From: Nitrososphaerota archaeon
GTDB lineage: Archaea > Thermoproteota > Nitrososphaeria_A > Caldarchaeales > Calditenuaceae
NCBI GenBank assembly: GCA_041641295.1
Contig: JBEPYO010000001.1
Span: 480,001-544,000, forward strand
Reading direction: 5' to 3'
DNA: 64,000 bases
The notes under the pieces are model-generated. The model saw only the letters and a program-made list of their open reading frames with translations. It was not told where the DNA came from and searched no databases. This document shows positions 58,002 to 64,000 of this stretch, in pieces (the first letter of the stretch is position 1; each line of letters opens with the position of its first letter). The translations under genes and the position numbers were made by a program.

Positions 58002-60142
58002 GCAGTAATCTCGTAGATGTATACATAAGCTAAGCTAGAGTAGGGCGCCGATGATGAGAATACCAGCCTATAACCCTCCACTTTAGGCTCCTCGTAATAG
58101 TATGCGGTGATGATATTTCCGAACTGGTCTGTAGTCTGCCTGGGCTTGAACGGTATCAGCCTACCGAGCGTGGTATCCGTCCAGAACTTGTCTGTAGGAT
58201 TCGTAGGATCCCGGTTGGGGCCGAGGAGCGACTCCTCATCTATTGGCGTCAGTCCGAGCTCGCGTGCATGTTGATTGGCTATCCTCAGCATCCAGAACCA
58301 TTTAGACTCGTCCCCATAGTAGAGGAGCCTAGGATAGTCTCCAGCCCCCGTCTGTGGCCTGTGAGTGATGAATATGAGGACATGCGTCGCGCCCAACTCT
58401 TTGAAGATCCTTAGACTAACGTTGGTCGGCGACATGAATGCATACCCTACTTTGGCTATTTTTAGGCTGTCTATTGTCGTGTTATCTACCAGCGAGGTCT
58501 TGTTAGCCACTATCGATATCCAGTTGCCATAGTCCCACCATGCCGCTACGACTGCGTTGTCTGGAAGGTTGTTCCTCATCCACTCAACAGCACGCACCCA
58601 GTCATTCAACACATAGTTCCGGCCTGTCGGAAGCGATGCAGAGGCTATCGTACTGGGTGTATAAGCGGCGTCGAGAGACGAGAATGCCCAAGTGTTCCCC
58701 ATGGCCTGGGGGAGATAGTGTGTCGATATCAAAGCCATGACAATCAGCGGGACGGCGATCAAAAACCTCCTCTCACTCGTCTTCCTCAGCCGAGGTCCAC
58801 GGGGTGGGGCGAGATTTCGCGAGGCGAGTGCAAGCATCTCGGTTAGGACAAAGCCGGCCAAGATTGCTACGATGGGCGAGGTGGGTAGGGCCAGCCTAAC
58901 GAGCGAGGATGCAAAGTACAGAGAGAGGACAGCGTAAAGTGTGAAGAACAGGTCTCCGTCTCCGGCCCTCCTGATCAGGAGGTAGATCCCAAAAGGCACT
59001 AGCATTAACGTTGGTCCAAAATCTGTGAAGAGTGTAGACCAAGTAGCGGCCTGGTTCTCGGCCACCGAGGCTATTATCACGAGCTCGCTCCTCAGCTGTG
59101 GGAACACGACTGAGAGGAACTTCAGCCCTGGAAGATTGGCAACAGCTGCGACAACCAAGCCAGCTACAAGCAGTATGAGGCCTAAAGCAACCCCCCTCAG
59201 GGCTATTACCGCTCTCTGAGATCCCAGATATCTGTAAAGCACCTCAGCCAACACAACATATGCCAGTGACAGATATCCTGAAAGAAGCGTGATCTCGAAA
59301 AGGTACGAGAAGCCCAGCTTAGGGACACTTGTCAGTATTATTGATGTTGCGGCTAGCAGTGGTATGAAGCTGGCTAATAGCTGCCTCCTATACCGCCCCA
59401 TGAATACGAGCAGCGCAGTGAAGAGGAAGACCATCATGACTGGAAGCCTGTGTGCACCCCACGTAGCGCCTGTGTAGCCAAGTAGAAGCCCCGTAAGCAA
59501 TCCCAAGACGATGGATCCCTTCATAGACCTCTTCTCGTTTATCGATGCGAGATATGTCAGGAAGGCTGCATGCATGAGCGGGATAGCAAGAGCCTCGTCA
59601 TCAAGCCACCCCAGATGCGTCCTAGATATGTGTGCATAACTTATGGATAGGAGTAGGGCCGAGGCTATGGCCGGCCCTGTACCTAAAACGTATCTAGCGA
59701 GTAAGAATGCGACTACCACCGCTATAACTCCATATACTACCGGGAGGGTGGATGCGAGTTCGATTAAATTCACATTAACTCCGATGGAGGAGAGGGCAAG
59801 ATAGATGAAAGCTAGTGTGAATGAGACTCCGGGATAGAAGGTCTTGCCAACTTGGAGTCCGGTCGGGTACCAGCTCTTATTGTCGACGAGGCCTGCGAAT
59901 TCAAAAAAACCAGCCCAACCCCTCTCAATGATCATGGTGGCTGTCTTGAAGTGCCACCAGGGGTCGAACTCACTTAAAATGAAACCCCACCTAGCAGGCA
60001 GTGACCTAGACATGAAGGTGACTGCAAGCGCTATCAATAGCACCGCCAGAGGCGCGTAGAACTCTTTGCCACCGATCCTCCTGTCCAAGCCTGTGAAGAC
60101 GCCCGACGCCCTTCCGAGGAAAGCCCTCACCGAGCCGGCCAT
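57998..60142 (-). CDS. aglB: Oligosaccharyltransferase AglB (STT3)
   Basis: EFDPWWH, SWYP.G, SVAEN, WWDYG, DNTT, DESK. Confidence 0.95.
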   Translation of the reverse strand: MAGSVRAFLGRASGVFTGLDRRIGGKEFYAPLAVLLIALAVTFMSRSLPARWGFILSEFDPWWHFKTATMIIERGWAGFFEFAGLVDNKSWYPTGLQVGKTFYPGVSFTLAFIYLALSSIGVNVNLIELASTLPVVYGVIAVVVAFLLARYVLGTGPAIASALLLSISYAHISRTHLGWLDDEALAIPLMHAAFLTYLASINEKRSMKGSIVLGLLTGLLLGYTGATWGAHRLPVMMVFLFTALLVFMGRYRRQLLASFIPLLAATSIILTSVPKLGFSYLFEITLLSGYLSLAYVVLAEVLYRYLGSQRAVIALRGVALGLILLVAGLVVAAVANLPGLKFLSVVFPQLRSELVIIASVAENQAATWSTLFTDFGPTLMLVPFGIYLLIRRAGDGDLFFTLYAVLSLYFASSLVRLALPTSPIVAILAGFVLTEMLALASRNLAPPRGPRLRKTSERRFLIAVPLIVMALISTHYLPQAMGNTWAFSSLDAAYTPSTIASASLPTGRNYVLNDWVRAVEWMRNNLPDNAVVAAWWDYGNWISIVANKTSLVDNTTIDSLKIAKVGYAFMSPTNVSLRIFKELGATHVLIFITHRPQTGAGDYPRLLYYGDESKWFWMLRIANQHARELGLTPIDEESLLGPNRDPTNPTDKFWTDTTLGRLIPFKPRQTTDQFGNIITAYYYEEPKVEGYRLVFSSSAPYSSLAYVYIYEITA

Positions 60143-60234
60143 TCTCTTAAACCATTAGAGCAGCACCATATAAAGAGATAATCATGCAAACACCCTTCAC
60201 GCGGTAAACTTCTGTTAGTGGGCTAGGAGTTAGG

Positions 60235-61005
60235 TCAAGTATCTTTAGGAGTAGAGAGGGGGTACTTGACCCCTTTAATCTCGACAAGCTCACGAAGTGG
60301 TGGGATGGAGTTGAAAAGCTCTTGTGAAAGTATTCGCCAGTCTATTCCGAGCGGCTTACCTAAGGCCCTCTCAACCCTAATCGTCCTCGTAGGCGTCACG
60401 ATGTAGTCGACGATGGTGTCATGGTGCGAGTAGGGAAAGTCTGTCTCTACAACTTGGCAGTCATGTGCCACTGCGATTATTGGCGTCTCGTCATTAACCA
60501 TTCCCAACTCCCTGAAAATTGCCCACTCTATGTCGAAAAATCCAGTACCCTTGCCATACCTAACTCCTTTAGTATTTACGACTGAGACACCCGTCACAAG
60601 CAAGTCTAGGTGTCCCAACTTCATCATCTGTCTAAGGGTTAGTGGTTTTGCGAAGCGTTCGACTCCGTCGAGCGTTGCGGCCAGTGCTTCCATTCCCCGC
60701 GGAACACGTCTCGGATCTACGTAAAAGAAGTCTCTCTTAATCGCGTATGGGGTCATTAGGAATCTCTTCTTATCTCTTATGCATGCCTCTCTTAACCGCT
60801 CGAGACAGTTATCAGGAGTGATGAATAATAGTTTCGCCGTCTTATAGATTGGTAGACGTCTTATCCTTTCCACACACTTTTCACTCCCCTTGAAGTCTGG
60901 AATAAACTTTGAGAAGTCCCAGTGAAAGCGTGAGTCGGGGCGCGCATATTGTTTAAGCCTCTCCCATACATCGAGCCTGTATCCAGTCTTCACTCCGGTA
61001 TCCAT
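60235..61005 (-). CDS. 5-formyltetrahydrofolate cyclo-ligase-like paralog
   Basis: FIPDFKGS, FITPD, GVRYGKGTGFFDIEW, HDCQV, HDTIVDYIVTP. Confidence 0.82.
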   Translation of the reverse strand: MDTGVKTGYRLDVWERLKQYARPDSRFHWDFSKFIPDFKGSEKCVERIRRLPIYKTAKLLFITPDNCLERLREACIRDKKRFLMTPYAIKRDFFYVDPRRVPRGMEALAATLDGVERFAKPLTLRQMMKLGHLDLLVTGVSVVNTKGVRYGKGTGFFDIEWAIFRELGMVNDETPIIAVAHDCQVVETDFPYSHHDTIVDYIVTPTRTIRVERALGKPLGIDWRILSQELFNSIPPLRELVEIKGVKYPLSTPKDT

Positions 61006-61008
61006 GGT

Positions 61009-62709
61009 TCATTCACCGAGCCGAATCATTGACGCTGCCTCATAAACCGTGAGAGGGCTGAATTGCTCGCCGACCAGTACGTGTCCCAGTTGAGTTATCT
61101 GCGGGGGAGTTATCAGGGCTTCCTTAAGCCTCGCAGGCTGGGAAAAAACCCACCTAGGCTCGCCGTCCAAGATGATGTTTCCCGCCTTCATCACTACCAC
61201 GCGTTCTGCGTATTCGGAGACTAGGCGCATATTGTGCGTCACTATTATAACAGTTCTTCCCTCGCCGTGAAGTGACTTAAGTAGGTTCATTATGCTTAGT
61301 GATTGGGCCATGTCTTGTCCTGTCGTCGGCTCATCCACGATAACAACTTCAGGGTCCATCACAAGTACTGAGGCTATCGCTAGCCTCTGTCGCTGACCCT
61401 TGCTGAGGAGGAATGTCTCTACACTCTCCAGCCCACCGAGCCCGACTTTCTCGAGAATATCTCCAACCCTCTTTTTTATCTCTGATTCTCCTAGGCCTAG
61501 CATTCTTAGCCCATATGCACACTCCTCATATACTGTCTGGCAGAATAGCTGGTGGTCAGGGTTCTGGTAGATATAGCCAATCCTTGTAGCAATCTCTTTA
61601 ATACTCATCTCCGTTGTTTTCTTACCGAAGACTCTTACCTCCCCCCTCGTCGGCTTCAACAACCCCACGATGTGTTTGACGAGCGTGGTCTTTCCTGAGC
61701 CGTTCTGACCAATGATTGCTACAAACTCTCCCCTGTAGAAATCTATGTTTATCGAGTTGAGCGCAAGTGTCCCGTCAGGATAAACGAACGAGGCATTATT
61801 GAAAGAAATTACCGGGTCACCGGCATTCCGTACATAATGCTCTCCATCGAATACCTTCACAGCCCTAGCTCCCATCTCTCTAAGCCAATCAACCGCCTCC
61901 TCCAACGTTATAGGTAGTTCACTGTTTACTCCGTTACTTCTTGAGAGCAGGTGTGCCAACTCGGTTACTTGGGGAGGATATATTCCCATTGACTTTATTT
62001 TTTCGACATCTCCAAGAACCTTCCGAGGAGACCCATCAACAGTTATTTTGCCCTCCCTCAACAGGACTATTCGATCGGCATATTTCGCAGCCTCTTCCAT
62101 GTTGTGTTCGACCAGTATTATTGTTCGGCCAGACTTTTTCAGCTCGGCCAGCATCGAGAATATCTCCGCCTTGCCAACCGGGTCGAGGTCTGAGGTCGGC
62201 TCGTCTAACACTAGTATCTCAGGCTCGAGGGCAAGTATAGAGGCTATAGCAACCCTCTGCTTCTGGCCTCCAGACAACTCATGTGGATACTTGTCTCTGA
62301 GATCGAGTATCTTCGTTGACTCCATCGCTTTTCTAACCCTCTTGATCATCTCCTCTCGGGGTACGCCATGATTCTCCAGCGGAAAGGCTACTTCATCTTC
62401 CACCGACATGGTTACGAATTGCGTGTCTGGATCCTGAAAAACGATTCCGACAATCTTGGTTATCTCGCTCAGCCTCATCTTCCTAGTATCCCGCCCATTG
62501 ATTATCACCTCTCCCCTGTAGTAACCGCGTAGGAAGTGTGGAATTAATCCACACAATGCTAGGCAGAGCGTTGACTTACCAGCCCCGCTTGGGCCGACTA
62601 TTACTAGAAACTCACCCTCTCTTACTGTCAGATCCACCCCCTTTAGTGTCCAGTCCTGGCCCAGCCCATACCTCCACCACAGATCCCTTATCCTTACAGC
62701 CTCGCCCAT
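61009..62709 (-). CDS. ECF transporter, fused double ATPase
   Basis: Two Walker A motifs (GPSGAGKST, GQNGSGKTT), FQDPD/YQNPD, LSGGQKQR, DEPT. Confidence 0.93.
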   Translation of the reverse strand: MGEAVRIRDLWWRYGLGQDWTLKGVDLTVREGEFLVIVGPSGAGKSTLCLALCGLIPHFLRGYYRGEVIINGRDTRKMRLSEITKIVGIVFQDPDTQFVTMSVEDEVAFPLENHGVPREEMIKRVRKAMESTKILDLRDKYPHELSGGQKQRVAIASILALEPEILVLDEPTSDLDPVGKAEIFSMLAELKKSGRTIILVEHNMEEAAKYADRIVLLREGKITVDGSPRKVLGDVEKIKSMGIYPPQVTELAHLLSRSNGVNSELPITLEEAVDWLREMGARAVKVFDGEHYVRNAGDPVISFNNASFVYPDGTLALNSINIDFYRGEFVAIIGQNGSGKTTLVKHIVGLLKPTRGEVRVFGKKTTEMSIKEIATRIGYIYQNPDHQLFCQTVYEECAYGLRMLGLGESEIKKRVGDILEKVGLGGLESVETFLLSKGQRQRLAIASVLVMDPEVVIVDEPTTGQDMAQSLSIMNLLKSLHGEGRTVIIVTHNMRLVSEYAERVVVMKAGNIILDGEPRWVFSQPARLKEALITPPQITQLGHVLVGEQFSPLTVYEAASMIRLGE

Positions 62710-62723
62710 GTCTCAATCACCCT

Positions 62724-63545
62724 TTACACGGAGGGAAGCCAACCTGGAAAGGCCAAGAACCCCACATAGTATCTAAGGACATAGGCACACAGAACGCCAG
62801 CGATAAGCGTCAACGTAATGACCACGTCGCTGATCCTTAACTTGTATTCCCTGTAGTAGGTTCTCTTGGGGGCTGCTCCGAATCCCTTTGCCTGTAAGGC
62901 ATATGCTATCTCCATTATTCTCCTAAGCGCGATGACTATCATAGATGTGAAGACATTCGCATATTTTCTGGCTCTCTCGAGTATTGAGCCTTCACTGAAG
63001 TTTGCACCACGAAGAATCATAGCATCCCTGACTCTTATGAAGTCCTCAACAAATATGGTCGTTGTCCTGAATGCGAGGCTCATCATTAATGCGATAGTGT
63101 GGGGAAGTCTAAATGCCGCTGCCCCATAGACGATGTCCCTGCTGGTCGTTGTAGCAAGTATAAGAGTCGAGCCAAGCAGCATTGATGTGTATCTCATAAT
63201 CATTGTCGCGGCGTAGAGGAGTGTCATGTCGGAGACATATGCCCCCCATGGATATGTGTAGTACACTTGTGAACCAGGAATCGAGCTGCCTAGAAGGTAG
63301 GAAATAAGGACGGCCTGACTCGCGATTAAGACAACTATTACGAATTTCTTAAGTCCGATTAGAGGTACGCGCAGGAGCTTGAAGCTCAGTGCTAACATTA
63401 TCGTTAAGAGAAGTAGGGGTATTGGCGCCTCTATTATGAGAGCGACTAGGTTTACGGATAGTAGCAATGTCACCTTTGGCAAGGGATGTAATCTGACCAG
63501 CGGCGAGTCTCCCGCTACGTAAGTAAAAAAAGTTCTCTGGCTCAT
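62724..63545 (-). CDS. ECF transporter transmembrane component EcfT
   Basis: DSPLVRLHP..K, AMILRG, ALQAKGF. Confidence 0.9.
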   Translation of the reverse strand: MSQRTFFTYVAGDSPLVRLHPLPKVTLLLSVNLVALIIEAPIPLLLLTIMLALSFKLLRVPLIGLKKFVIVVLIASQAVLISYLLGSSIPGSQVYYTYPWGAYVSDMTLLYAATMIMRYTSMLLGSTLILATTTSRDIVYGAAAFRLPHTIALMMSLAFRTTTIFVEDFIRVRDAMILRGANFSEGSILERARKYANVFTSMIVIALRRIMEIAYALQAKGFGAAPKRTYYREYKLRISDVVITLTLIAGVLCAYVLRYYVGFLAFPGWLPSV

Positions 63546-63557
63546 GCCAAGCCCTTT

Positions 63558-64000
63558 TTAAAGTAGCCGGCCGGTAACATAGAAAGGACTTGTCTTCACC
63601 CATTTAGTTGCTACTCTTAGAAGGATTGTGCCTATTGTAAATACTGCGAGAGAGTCGCCTATCGTGTAGGCTATGACTCCCCAGACCCATGCCCCAAACG
63701 TGATTGTTCCGAAGGAATAGTTGACGAAGTGTATCCACATCGCTGCGAGGCAAGTGGCTATCGGTACAGAGACAAGCCAGACAGCATAGTCCCTCCTCGT
63801 CTTTAGCTCTGGGTCAGCCTTGAAGAGTAAGAAGAATGCCCTACAGATAAGCGGCGCCATGAAGTCTCCCAGCGCTCCGTCAGCCCAGACCTGGAAGGTC
63901 CAGCCGAAGAATGGGCCCATACCTATGAAGGTTCCGATATGCCCTGCAAGTGCTCCATAGAGGCCGAACCAAAGCGTTAAGGCGAAGTAGAGTGCTGCTG
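63558..64000 (-). CDS. Probable ECF substrate-specific S component, 5' end outside the window
   Basis: Hydrophobic ORF with LWFGLYGALAG, directly upstream of ecfT. Confidence 0.7.
   Translation of the reverse strand, partial: AALYFALTLWFGLYGALAGHIGTFIGMGPFFGWTFQVWADGALGDFMAPLICRAFFLLFKADPELKTRRDYAVWLVSVPIATCLAAMWIHFVNYSFGTITFGAWVWGVIAYTIGDSLAVFTIGTILLRVATKWVKTSPFYVTGRLL

Overview
This is a gene-dense chromosomal segment from a thermophilic, probably aerobic TACK archaeon, most consistent with Aigarchaeota/Nitrososphaerota (inference). The markers are an unsplit RpoA, an RPC34/TFE-beta homolog, a single-OB SSB, an A-type heme-copper oxidase and a GC-rich 23S rRNA. In order, the window holds: an AT-richer accessory block (ABC transporter, aromatic-acid decarboxylase-like amidohydrolase, PhlG-like C-C hydrolase, acetoacetate-CoA ligase); an RHH/PIN pair; TFE-beta; a cox operon; a radA / degenerate RadA-like / small helical protein / polB2 cassette; rpoH-rpoB-rpoA-L30e-nusA; a redox cluster; a pyrF-pyrE fusion; housekeeping genes; thiamine salvage; leuCD; a tandem-domain ThyX; a stand-alone 23S rRNA with a perfect bulge-helix-bulge stem; a rhodanese next to a lipoyl-less GcvH/LbpA-TusA fusion; aglB; and an ECF transporter block. 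The best candidate for an undescribed system is the mutasome-like PolB2 cassette. It has a hidden +1 frameshift at a T6 tract that fuses two ORFs, a probable CTG start, intact polymerase aspartates and no proofreading motifs. The second candidate is the GcvH-TusA/rhodanese sulfur relay. No CRISPR array, tRNA or intact mobile element was seen. All calls come from motif reading without database searches.
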